A stretch of DNA of 64,000 nt from Chrysomallon squamiferum (GCA_012295275.1 CM022675.1:14384001-14448000); one strand, 5' to 3'. Counted from the first letter of the stretch, positions 15,151-28,465 are shown. Numbers and translations: made by a program. The notes: generated from the letters alone by a model not told the origin.

Positions 15151-15753
15151 AATTTGAAAAATGTCTGAGATTTTCGTTCTGATGTTTGAACATTTTTCCT
15201 CAAAGTAATTAGCTTCGTCTTTTAGAGCAGTGAGAGAAAATAATTACTAACGATCTCATAATAAATTGTAAATAATAAAAGTAAAAGAATTTTTTTTTTT
15301 TAAATATTAAGTAAGTAAATAAATAAATAAGTAATCGTGTAAATAAGTAAGAAAGGAAATGAATGAATGGATGAATGAATGAATGAATGAATGAATGAAT
15401 AAATAAATAAATAAAACAATCTAAATATTTAAGATATAAAAATATAAATTAAAACTGAACATTATTTTCTCAAAATGAATTAGCTTATTTCAACCATTAA
15501 ACATTTGACTGTTTTATTTATTTTTTTATTTCTTTCTTCGTTCATTCTGTTCAGTTAATTTCTTCATACACATATTCTATATATTTCGGTCATTTGCTAT
15601 TTTGTAAGTTCTGAAAACATTTCTTTTAATAAAGACAGAAGTAGTCACAAAAACCTATAAAATATAAAGAAAGAAAATTTGCAGTAGAAAAACACAAAAA
15701 CCTTATAAATCCGAACAACAACAACAAAAAAAACAACAAACAACAACAACAAC

Positions 15754-15795
<42 letters not shown>

Positions 15796-15928
15796 TAAAA
15801 AATAAAAAAATAAAAATATAAAAATAAAAAATATAAAAAAAAATAATATAAATAAAAAAATAAATATAAATAAATAAATAAATAAATAAATAAAAATATA
15901 TAAATAAATAAATAAATAAATAATAAAA

Positions 15929-16003
<75 letters not shown>

Positions 16004-16146
16004 TAATAATACTAAAGAATAAAAATCATGATAATAAATAAAGAATGAAATAAATAAATTAAAAAATAAATTCAGAAAATATAAAAACAAAAATCGAGAA
16101 AAAACAATAACAGAGTGAGGAGAGCCAATAAAATAAGAAAAACAAA

Positions 16147-16490
16147 CAAAACCTACATCATCATTAACAAAACAACAACAAAACCTACATCATCATTAAC
16201 AACAACAACAACAAAAAACCTACATCATCATTAACAACAACAAACAAAACCTACATCATCATTAACAACAACAACAAAACCTACATCATCATTAAAAACT
16301 ACAACAAAACCTACATCATCATTAACAACAACAACAAAACCTACATCATCATTAACAACAACTACAACAAAACCTACATCATCATTAACAACAACAACAA
16401 AACCTACATCATCATCATTAACAACAACAACAACAAAACCTACATCATCATCATTAACAACAACTACAACAAAACCTACATCATCATTAA
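16147..16490. repeat. About 30-bp minisatellite, 11 copies
   Basis: Unit AAAACCTACATCATCATTAAC(AAC)n repeated with variable numbers of AAC/CAT triplets. Confidence 0.93.
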
Positions 16491-17070
16491 TATTAAACTG
16501 TTTTTTTTCAAAATCATTGTTTATATTTCAGTGCAGAGTAAATCATTGTCATATTTATGTCAAAAAACATCAGTAGAAAGATATTAACTTCATCAGCATA
16601 ATCATAAATCTACATTAAAAATATGTCTTATTATATTGTTGCTTCTGAATTTGAATTTTGACTAAAGTAGGGAGAAATGAACTGTTATTTTGAATATCAT
16701 TCTTACGTCCTGAATAATAATATGAAAGAGAAAATCTTCTACATCTCTGTGTCATATATTTCTTTCATTTGTAAAAGAATACAGTTATCAGTGTTAATTA
16801 AATTATTAATTTCTGTTATAAATGCATCGTATGCTAACATTATTATTATTATTACTTTTAACATTATTACTGTTATTGTTATTGATTATTATTATTATTA
16901 TTATTATTATTAGTTGTTGTTGTTGTTGTTGTTATTATTATTATTATTATTAACGTTGTTATTAATATTTATATTTTCCATTTCTATATATTTAAATACT
17001 AATTTATTTGTGTAATATAGTTTTTTAATAATAAAAAACGTTTTAATAATAATAATAATAGTAATGATGA

Positions 17071-17116
17071 TGATGAAATTAGTATAGTACTAGTAGTAAT
17101 AATAACAACAATAACG

Positions 17117-17200
<84 letters not shown>

Positions 17201-17502
17201 TAAATAATAATAATGGTGATGATGACAATAATTGAAATTTTTTTTTAATTTTTCATTAATCATGAACCTACCCATACACTAGCTAAAGTTTTTATCTCAC
17301 AAATTTTATTTTATCTGATGAAATTACTAGTAGTAATAATAACAACAATAACAACAAAAACGATAATAATAATAATAATAATCATAATAATATAAATAAT
17401 AATAATGGTGGTGATGACAATAATCGAAAAAAATTTAAATGTTTCATTAATCATGAACCTACCCATACAATAAGCTAAAGTTTTTATTTTATCTCACAAA
17501 TT
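17071..17502 (+). repeat. Imperfect local tandem duplication, two copies (17071-17305 and 17316-17502)
   Basis: Both copies carry TGATGAAATTA..TACTAGTAGTAATAATAACAACAATAAC..GATGACAATAAT..TTTCATTAATCATGAACCTACCCATACA..AGCTAAAGTTTTTAT..CTCACAAATT. Confidence 0.9.
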
Positions 17503-17518
17503 CATAAGTATGCAAACG

Positions 17519-17520
<2 letters not shown>

Positions 17521-17597
<77 letters not shown>
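17521..17597. repeat. (GA)n microsatellite upstream of the engrailed promoter
   Basis: Direct reading. Confidence 0.97.
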
Positions 17598-17602
<5 letters not shown>

Positions 17603-17859
17603 TCAGAAATTTAAAAAGAGATATAAAGATACGGACAGACAGATTATATTTTTGTTAAATTTCTAGATTATAAGATAGTTAACTAGAAAAAAGCGACGGA
17701 AAACTAATTTGAAGAAATACACCGGAACTAGCTGTCATACCCTCTTTCCTTGGTTAATCACTTTATTTTTGTACAAGTGGTAAAACTACAAACAAATCTG
17801 TAGAGTCGTGTTTTTCCAGATGATTTTCTATGAACACGAGACAAGTAGCAGATCTCTCC

Positions 17860-17990
17860 TTCCGTCTCCTCCGCACACGTCTGTCAATAACGATTTCTGT
17901 CTTTCCTCAGCCACGCCTTTCTTGTCAATCAAAGGCGCAGACTCCGCCCATCAGTTGAGCTGCAGCACCCATATCGCTTCACCTTGTTTG
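17860..17990 (+). promoter_or_regulatory. Putative engrailed core and proximal promoter
   Basis: About 300 bp upstream of the ATG: CTGTCA (17881), CCACGCC, TGTCAATCA overlapping ATCAAAGG (17923-17935), GC box TCCGCCC (17943) and Inr-like TCAGTT (17951-17956). No TATA box. TSS is inferred. Confidence 0.5.
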
Positions 17991-18173
17991 TAAGAATTAC
18001 CGGTAGGACAAAAGTAATGACGGGAAGACCAACTCCAATGGTTTCCTTTTACTGCACGCGGAAATTAGTCATAAGATTTTTGTTTGTTTTCATGTAGAAT
18101 CATCCAAAGAAGAAGTAAAGGGGAATTTTACAGTAGTTTAAAATGTGTTGAGGAAAGTTATTTTTTCAAAAAA

Positions 18174-18245
18174 ATGGAGGAGTTTCAAACTCTTCCTCGT
18201 TTTAAAATTAATATATTTTTTTCGTTCGGTGTCACTGTTTACTAA
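18174..18245 (+). other. Upstream ORF of 23 aa (MEEFQTLPRFKINIFFSFGVTVY) in the presumed 5' UTR
   Basis: AAAATGG start context; TAA ends 11 nt before the engrailed ATG; out of frame with engrailed. Confidence 0.45.
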
Positions 18246-18256
18246 AAAAGTCGAAA

Positions 18257-18665
18257 ATGGAAAGAGAAAATCATCAACTCGAAACGGAACATTCTGAACC
18301 CGTGGATCTTGTTACCAATGACAACCGACATTCACCAGACTTTGAACACGAAGAACAACCGAGAATGGCCGAAAACCCGCCTGAACCACCAGCTAATCTG
18401 ACAAACTTTAGCATTCTTGAAATTTTAAAACCAGACTTTGGAGTAAAGAAATTTTCCGTCAAGTTGCCGTCGGCGTTCAATGACGTCAACAAACATGTAA
18501 CGACGTCGTCGACGACTTGTCGAGCGAGGGACAGTCAACATCGTCAAAATCTGAATTCATCCGGTAGTGATTCCGACGAAAAGATGACCACGGAAACAGA
18601 TAAACAAAGAATAGTGTGGCCTGCCTGGGTGTACTGCACGCGGTATTCAGACAGACCGTCGTCAG
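18257..18665 (+). CDS. en: Engrailed homeobox protein, coding exon 1 (EH1 and EH2)
   Basis: Encodes the EH1 Groucho-binding motif LTNFSILEILKPDFG (from 18398) and EH2 WPAWVYCTRYSDRPSSG. Donor CAG|GTAGAT lies at the conserved phase-1 position in the EH2 glycine codon. Confidence 0.96.
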
Positions 18666-18672
18666 GTAGATG

Positions 18673-18673
18673 T

Positions 18674-18735
<62 letters not shown>

Positions 18736-18741
18736 TTACTA
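18673..18741. repeat. (TAC)n microsatellite immediately after the splice donor
   Basis: Direct reading; explains the poly-Tyr tail of the ORF-track translation. Confidence 0.95.
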
Positions 18742-18895
18742 ATACTTTTTCTTCTTTTTCTTTTTCTTATTATTAACTTTGTTGTTCTTGTTGTCTCTAT
18801 TATTACCATTACTATTACTTTTGTTATTATTGTTGTTATTATTATTATTAACATAACTGTTATTATTGTTATTGATATTATTATTGTTAGAAGTA

Positions 18896-18931
<36 letters not shown>

Positions 18932-19167
18932 TCTAATTACTGACTGTTTTATAGTAATAGAAATAGTTATTGTTTCTATAATTATCATTAGTGCTGTTGT
19001 TGTTGCTTCAGCTGCAGTGGTAGTAATGGTCGTAATATTAGTAACAAATATTGTGGTAGATGTTGTTATTGTTATTAATTTAATTGTTACTATTATCATT
19101 TATCCTCGAAAATTAAGTTGTTATTACTATTATTCTTATACTAAAATTTATTACTAATACTGTCATA

Positions 19168-19211
19168 TAATAATAATAATAATAACAATAATAATAATAA
19201 TAATAATAATA

Positions 19212-19247
<36 letters not shown>
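19168..19247. repeat. (AAT)n-(ATT)n spacer-less inverted microsatellite
   Basis: AAT run turns directly into an ATT run near 19212, giving arms of about 35 bp. Confidence 0.9.
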
Positions 19248-19926
19248 GGTTATTGTTGTTGCTGTTTTTTTATTTGTTGTTGTTTGTTGTTGTTATTATT
19301 ATTATTTCTGCGGTATTTGATGATTATTTTATGTGTCATTATGGTAACTGTTGCTACGAGTACAGTAAAAATTATTTATTATATTTTCTTTCTTTCTAAT
19401 ATTTTATTGAAGAACAATTAAAATCTGTAGTAGGTGAAATAAAAATACACAGAGCATTTGAAATAATAATAACAATAATAATAATAGTAGCAACAGCAAT
19501 AGCAACAGTAACAACAACAGTAACAGCAACAGTAACAACAACAGTATAGACAGCAACCACAATAATGATGACAGAAACATGAAATAAAATAATATGCAAC
19601 TGATGATAATTGTTTTTGGATTGAATGTTCTTTATTTAAAGAGAGTAAATTATTTTGTTTAAAATTATTTTTATAAAAATAATACAAAAAATTAAAATAA
19701 GAATAAATACAATAAAATAAGAAAGATGAAGAACAAACAGTTTTAATATTTTAATAAAATAATGAAGTACGATAGAAAAAATTATTATTCCCCCCAAAAT
19801 ACAAAATCAAAAACAAAAAACAAAAGGAACCCAAACAAACACATGGCTGGAATATTAATTTTTTTAAAGTTAAATATGATTATTATTATTATTATATATA
19901 TATAAATATTTTATTATTATTATTAT

Positions 19927-20026
<100 letters not shown>

Positions 20027-21259
20027 TGTATGTATGTATGTATGTATGTATGTATGTGCGTGTGTAAAGTAAATTCATAGTGTTTAATGAAATTGTTATT
20101 CTGCATTTTCTCCCGGTCAGTTTCTACCTGATCCGGCTCTGACGTTCATTTTTCTCCTCCCAGATATTTATATATATATCTCTGTGTGTGTGTGTATGTG
20201 TATGTGTGTGTATATGTGTAATTATGTATGTATGTGTGTGTGTGTGTATATATGTGTAATTATGTATATATATATATATATATATATGTATATGTATGTG
20301 TGTGTGTGTGTGTGTATATATGTGTAATTATGTATGTATAAATATATATATATATGTGTGTGTGTATGTATGTGTGTGTGTGTTATTTGTTTGATTATTT
20401 TTTAATAGTACGTTTTAAATGTGTATGTCTATTCGCACTACGTGTATAACAGGGAATTGCGTTCGTAATAATAAAATAAATACACTCTCATCTTCTGTTC
20501 ATCACTTTATCGATGTAACGTAATAAAATTTGCACCTAATAAAAATTAATTTTTTTCTGTCAACGATAAGTTATGTTCATTTTATATTCATTTTTTAACA
20601 AACCTGAAAATATTACTGAGCAAACTGAACTAGTTTCTTTTTTCTTCTTTTTTTCCCGTTTAACTATTTCTCCTTTTTCTTTTCTTTCAGGCATTGAAAA
20701 AATTTTCTTTTTCTTTTTTCCCATTCTTTTTTCCTTCCGTCATTCTCTTCTTTTTTCGTTCATTCTATCGGCATTTTTATTCTTTAATGTTTTCGTTCAT
20801 TCTTTTGTTTGTTCTTCCTTTCTTTCATTCTGTTTATTTTTTTTAAATCTGTTCTTAATTTCTTTGTTTCTTTGTTTCATTTCTTCTTTCTTTGTTTCTT
20901 TGTTTCATTTTGTTTTTTCTTTCTTTCATAATAAATTACGTCACTGTGCGAATCTCTTCCAAAGATGCACATGACAAGTTGTCATACTGTTATATAACTG
21001 TTGTTTGAAGGTGTTAAGATTAAAACAAATAATAATAAATTACTGGCGAAAGAAGTGAATAGTGCTAAATAAAAATGAAAAACTGAAGAAAAAATATCGA
21101 GAAGAAAAAATCGTTAATTATTGCACGACTTGATTTATAGATTTCACTCTGTTAACACGCTGTGGCCATGAAACATACGCCAAATGGAAATGCAATGCAA
21201 CGGATTTTTTTTTTTTTTTTCAAACCAAATATCACCACGGAAAACGAAGATGAAAACAA

Positions 21260-21321
<62 letters not shown>

Positions 21322-22082
21322 AAACACACACATGTCTATATCAAATAAAAGTAAAAAGAAAAAGTGTTTAAACTTACTTAATTACGTTTAATGACATCTG
21401 TCTGACGTTTTGGTAAATTTATTTATTTATGTATTTGTTTATTATGTCTGTCTTTTTATCTACTCATTTTTCTATTTATCTGAGACAGACAGAATGACGA
21501 AGAGAGGTATAATTCACCATTCTTTCCTTTCTTTCTTTCTGACAGTAGTTCTAGCTTGCCGAGCTAATGGTACACAGATTATTGAAATTATGAAGTCAGT
21601 AAAAATATTTTAAAAATATTAAGTATACTGTGTAACACTTTGTTATTGTAGCATGTTAGGGAATGAATAATTTCATTTCACATTTATTTTTAGTCTTCAT
21701 TCGAGACCTAATGATAGATAGTTAAACTCTGTTACTGACAGAGCTTTACTAGGTGAAAACATTTCGTATTTTCATCTTTTTGTTAATGGATTTATTCAGT
21801 TCATAACAGTGAGATTTTTCACAGTTTGACAAGCGTGTCTGACGAGATCGTGTTCACGAAAGGCGTGCTTGTACATTTCTTTCATATCGTCAACAATTTA
21901 ATAAAATTTAATTTTATAACTGACATGTCAATATTTGTTATTACATACAGTGTCATTTGTATGCATAACCATATATATATATACACTGATGCTGATATTA
22001 CATGACATCTGAAAATGAAAAGAAAATGTTTTATAAAAGAAACTTATCCATCATTTTGCAGTTTGAATAGTAGTAGTAGTAA

Positions 22083-22123
<41 letters not shown>

Positions 22124-24330
22124 ATAATAATAATAAATAATAATAATAATAATAAATAATAATAATAATGTTGTTCTTATTGTTCTTATTATTATTATTA
22201 TTTAAGCATTCGTCAAATTTTAGTCAAATTTTCAGACTTTAGCATACCTTAATTCTCTTTGATTTCCATATCAGTATAATTATTGCTTATATATTTTTGT
22301 AAACACATTTATTTATTTATTTATTTGTTTGTTTGTTTGTTTGTTTATTTACTTACATATTTATTTTTTTATTTTTATTTTTATTTATTTAATTTAAATT
22401 TATATATAATACCTACTTTCATTTTTGTTCTATTATTGAGATACATTTTAGTCTAATAACTGCAGTAGCAATGATCTCTAATTATTTGAAAAAATACGTC
22501 AGTTTATCAGGCAGCTTTTTATTTTATTTATTTTTTATTACTTGGTAAATGGGCAAAACTTTAACAAACTTTCCGCCTTTTACCTCGTGTTTCCAAGCCT
22601 ATAAATCGAATATTTTGCCAAAATAAAGAACAAAGAAATAAAAGAAGGTAGGAAACGCCCTCTGGGCGCTAACTCGCTAATAACCTACACACAACAAAAG
22701 AAGAACAAAATCTGTTTAACTTAAAATGAAAGATCGAATAAATAGGATGAATTAAAATAAATTAAAATATAGTATAGTATAGCACAGAATAGTACAGCAT
22801 AATATTAGGTAATGTAATATGCCAAAATGAAATAATTTTTTTATAAATAAAACAAATAACAATAACAGTAATATTAATAATAAGTAGAAGAAGAAGAAGA
22901 AAAAAAAGAAGAAGAAAGAAGAGTCGTAGTAATAATAATAATGATTATGATGAGGATAATACTGTTAGGAAGAAACTAATCTATATAACCTTCAAGGATC
23001 GATATTTACATTATATTATCATCATTAAAAACACATACTAATTATACCAGTAGATAGTAACAACATTACTGTTCAGCTAACTTCGTGTACCTCGAGCTTG
23101 ATGTTGGTAACTTATAGCAAGAATTTATTATATTTTTCTTACTACTACTTCTACTACTACTACTACTACTACTGTTACTACTACTACTACTACTACTGTC
23201 ACTACTACTACCACTACAACGACTTATAGTAATAATGAGATAGAAATGATGATTGTTAGAGAAATGTTGATTGATACCAGTTAAGAGATAAAAATAATGA
23301 TGATGATTATGATGATATTGACGGTAATAAAAATTATAATATTCATATTAATACAATGCTATTTTATTGTTTACCTCAAAAATAAAATAAATAAAATAAA
23401 ATAAAATAATATAATATAAAGTAAAATAAAAAATAATATAAAGTAAAATTAAAATTGTAATAAAAAATAAAATAAAAAAAAAAAAAATAAAATAAAATAA
23501 AATAAAAAACACAAAAAATAAAATTTGTAACATTAACAATTTCCAGACTAGGTTTTGTGATTCAGTTTTTGCAAAACTTAGAACTCGGTACGTTTTATGC
23601 AAAAACAAAATAAAATGAAATAAAACAAAATAAATAAATTAAATATCGTAACAGTAACAATCTATTCCCAGAAGATATGCAATATCCTATTCATCCGGAA
23701 TTGTTTTCTTTCGTACTTTTTTATTTTTTTGTTCAAGTAAGATGTTTATTGTGGGAATGTTACCACATTAAAACGAGACTCGCTGGAGCGGACAGGATCT
23801 CAGAACACAGAGTTAGTTTGTGACATATGACATTAAGATTTAGTTCTGATAAGTAGATACAAAGTCAGAGGTCCGCGCAGATACCGCGAAGATAACCGAG
23901 AACATTAAAGTACCGCTTACAAACAGAAGTACACGTGTTCAGTGATAGAAGATAGCGCGAAAATTACTCACTGACGGTAACATATACGTACGACAATAGA
24001 ATAAAAGTTTCTTTTTTCCTGGAATCAGATAATGAATATTTAATGACACCTTAGCATTTTGATGAAGGATTGTTAAATATTTATATAGTTATTTATTTAT
24101 TTACTTATTTATTTATTTGTATATGTATGTATGTATGTATGTTTGTTTTTTGTTGATTTTTTGATTGTACGTTTGTTTGGTTAGTTGTATATTAGTGATT
24201 AGATATCAGCTAATGATTAACAAAAATTAAGTTTTATTTAAGTTTTCTCATAGGCAGAAAAGCTAATAATATTTATCTGAGATTTTTATAGAACTCTTAC
24301 AACCACAGGATTTATCATAATTGTATTAAC

Positions 24331-24372
<42 letters not shown>

Positions 24373-24762
24373 TGTTAAATTATTATCATTATTATTATCA
24401 TTATAATTATCAGTATAATTATTATTGTTAAATTATTGTTATTTTTATTATTATTTTTATATTATTGTATTACTATTGTTGTTGTTGCTGTTGTTGATAG
24501 TGATGTAATTGTTAATCTTACTGTCGTTGATGTTGTTATTGCAAAAATGTAAACCGATTTCTCAATACATATAAATTTTAATGAAATAGCAAATCAACTG
24601 AAAAAAAGAAAGGAAAATGTAACAAAATAAAATTATAAATACATACGTAGCTACTTAGATAGACAGAGAGATAGAGAGATAGAGAAATAGAGAAATAGAT
24701 AGATAGGTAGACAGAGAGAAATAGAAAGAGATAGATAGAAAAGATAGAGAGAGAGAGAGAAA

Positions 24763-24882
<120 letters not shown>

Positions 24883-26703
24883 ACTTCTATTTCTATCGGT
24901 ATTATAACTGCTGACTATTTCTACTGCTGCTACTTCCACTTCTACTACTACTATACTTCTACTTTACTACTACTATATATGCATTAGCAATTAGCAGTAG
25001 TGCTAGTAGTAATAATGTCTACCATTAATGAAATCATAAATGTAATAATGTACCAAATCAAATCATAAATGTAATAATTAATCAAATCACTGACTGACTG
25101 AATGAACGAACGAACGAATGAATATATGAATGAATGAATATACGAATTACAGTTTAGTTATAATGAAAATAAATATTACGGTACAAGGAGAACAAAGTTG
25201 TTGTTTTTTGAGTGATAAATTAACTTGACATTTATAGTCCTAACATTTGCACAAACGTTCTTTCCGAAAACAAAGATGATACTTACAATTTTATTTTTAA
25301 TAACATTTATTTTTCATAAACTTTTAGAACTCTTCATTTTATATTCTAACCACACGAATTCATCAATTTCTTTTTTTTTTTATCCTTCACAATATTGTTT
25401 TCACTCTTATTTTATTTTATTTCTTCTTCTTCTTTTTTTAAACTAAAAGTAAAAAAGGATCAAGAATAAAAAAAACTTCATTTAAAAATAAAACGATAAC
25501 AAATTTTAAATATGTAAATTAGATTTGTTTTGCTTTTATGCCTGATAAAATAAAAAGAGAATATATTTAAATTGCATTTGTTTTGCCTCTGAACCCTCTA
25601 ACAGGGAACTGAGAAAACTGTACCCAGTTTAAATGTGTTTTCTCAAAAAACGTGAAAGGCTTTATTCTCCTCGTGGTCTCCAGTGCATGCAAAGTTTAAA
25701 ATGAAAAACAACCTCTGTATCAGCGTTTCTTTTAAAGCTTGTTTCATTTTAATTCCTTATTTAGTGGTTCGGTATCTTTGTGTATTTGTGTGTACGTTCG
25801 TTCAGTCAGTCAGTCAGTGACTTGATTGATTTTTATATTTATGATTTCATATATACATATTTTTATGTTTTATTGACTGTATATATGTATGTATGTATAT
25901 GTATGTTTGAATGTATGTATGTGTGTATGTATGTATGTATGTATGTATGTATGTATCTATGTATATATGTGTGTGTATGTATGTATATATAACTATCTGT
26001 CTTTTTGTTTCACTGTTTGTCTGTCTGTATAATGAATATATATGTTTCTATATGAGTATATGTCGGTATGTGTGCATGTGTGTATGAATGTATGAATGTA
26101 TGTATGTGTGCATGTGTGTATGAATGTATCAAAGAATACCTATATGTAAGTGTATACTTGTCTCTCTCTTTGTATACTCACGTTTGTGCATATGCAAATT
26201 TGAAAGAGACAAAATGTGATTGCGTGTAACGTATCTTTTTGTGTTTTATATTACGTACATCACACTGATAAAACTCCTATTTCTTATTTCAACTCCCCTT
26301 TTGTTCCAGTTACTCAAAACCAAAGTTTATAAAAATGAATAAAGGGCTATATCCTTGCTCTGTCGATATGAATAATTTTTTCCTTTGTTATTTTAACAGA
26401 AATGTACCCTCAGGTCACTGAGTCGAAATGTTTTAAATGAAAAATGTCAACTTTTAAAATCACGAAATCATTTTTAAGACGAAACAGCGAGACGCACTTT
26501 GATACGAAAACGAGGCGTCCGTCACAAATCCGTCAAAACATTGCGTCAGAAATGTACGTCCGCCGGCTTCACACAAACATTCCTTGTCGATACGTTTTTT
26601 ACTTTTTTCACTTTCAGTTTACCGTGATTTAGTAAAAAGTTACATAGCATCAGTAATAAACTTTACTGTTGTCAATGACTGTTTCTCAGTATTGTCAGTG
26701 ATT

Positions 26704-26717
26704 GCGCCCTCTTGTGA
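26704..26717 (-). promoter_or_regulatory. CTCF-like site, intronic
   Basis: Minus strand reads TCACAAGAGGGCGC, close to the CTCF core. Confidence 0.4.
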
Positions 26718-28201
26718 TACTGATACATTGAGATATGTGTTATATTTTGTAGGCATTAAAATATTAAATATTTTACATCAGATGGATTCGGCAAATAATT
26801 ATCAACATATATACATGTGAGAGAGTGAAATATATTATTCATTTTTAAACAATTCATTTACTCACTTGAGTAACTATGTCAACAGGTTTATCACTGACAA
26901 ACTTACAAAATGTCGAGGCTGTGTCTCTTCTCGCTCAGATTTTGCAGAACTCTGAAGTGTGTACATTTAATGCAAAAATAAATTAAAATAAAATAAAATA
27001 AAATAAATTAAGTATTAATAAAGATGATGATGGTGATGATCATATTAATAATAACAGTAGTAGTAGTAGTATGATAGTACTAGTAGTTGTAGTAGTAGTA
27101 GTGGTAGTAATTGTAGTAGTAGTAATTAAAAAGTGAGGCCTTCAGATCGTTCACTCTTCCTAAGTTAAACACCGAGACTAACAGCTACAAAATACATAAA
27201 TAAATAAAATAAAAAATAAAAATAAAAAATGCTCCCAAAAAGTAATTAAGTTTATTGATATATAAATTGTGCTTATTAATTCCTGTCAGTTATATCTATA
27301 TCTATATCTGTCTATCTATCTATCTGTCTGTCTATCTATCTGTCTGTCTGTCTGTCTGGCTGTCTGTCTGTCTGTCTGTTGTCTGTCTATTAATGTATGT
27401 GTATAACTCAGCTAAATACATTTGATTAATTACATTCACCTATACCCCTAGAGTAAATAGAGTCCAGGCTGTGGAAGTGATGAGAGAGACAACTCACACA
27501 CGACGTAAACTGCCTGTCACTCAAACGCGACGATCTGAACATGTCGGCATTTTTCAATACAACCTCGAGAAAAAGGAAAAACAATTATCTCTTCGTGCTA
27601 ACGCAGATTTCCTAAACTGATTTGATACCTCACCTGTTACATTTTTACCTTTGAAGAAGTAATACTTTGATAAATCACTCACAATTTGAATTTACTTTGG
27701 GCCAATTAAAATACAATTTTTATTGTTTTATTTTATTTCAATGTTGTTTGTTTGAAGGCGCGGCGAGCAGGCTGGATTCAAACGGGAAATTCCTGCGCAT
27801 AATTACAACGTTTAATTTCAAAGATAAAATTTATCGATTTTAATTTAGACCAAAGGAACGTTTCATCGCTGATGGAATGTTTTATGGAGAAAGGGGAAAT
27901 AAAAAGAAAAGAAAATTCATGAATTTTGTATAATTGTCGTATGATCTGTTCCTTTCATCTTTTATTAAACAGATATATTAATTTTCTCTGTTCACGGAAA
28001 TGTGTATATGTGTGTACCCACAACCAACATTATACACATACACATGCACAGATATACATATACATATACGCATACGTATACATATAAATATAAAAGTCAC
28101 ATAATTTAAAATCAGTGGATTACTGAGAAAATTAGAGATAGATAGATAGCTAGGTCGTCAGGAAAACAGAAAGAAAAGAAAGGGTATTAATATAATAATC
28201 T

Positions 28202-28253
<52 letters not shown>

Positions 28254-28319
28254 GCACACGCACACACACATATACACAAAAACTATCTATCCATCTGTAT
28301 GTCTGTCTGTCTGTCTGTA

Positions 28320-28395
<76 letters not shown>

Positions 28396-28431
28396 CTCTC
28401 TATCTATCTATCTATCTATCTGTTATATATT

Positions 28432-28465
<34 letters not shown>

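Noticed and set aside
18481-18516. TGACGTCA and the palindrome GTCGTCGACGAC inside exon 1
   Set aside because: Explained by codons for NDV and TTSSTT; too short to support a separate function.
18666-18742. Poly-Tyr C-terminus as the normal end of the 161-aa ORF
   Set aside because: It lies past the conserved EH2 splice donor; splicing to 32862 gives a complete Engrailed protein.
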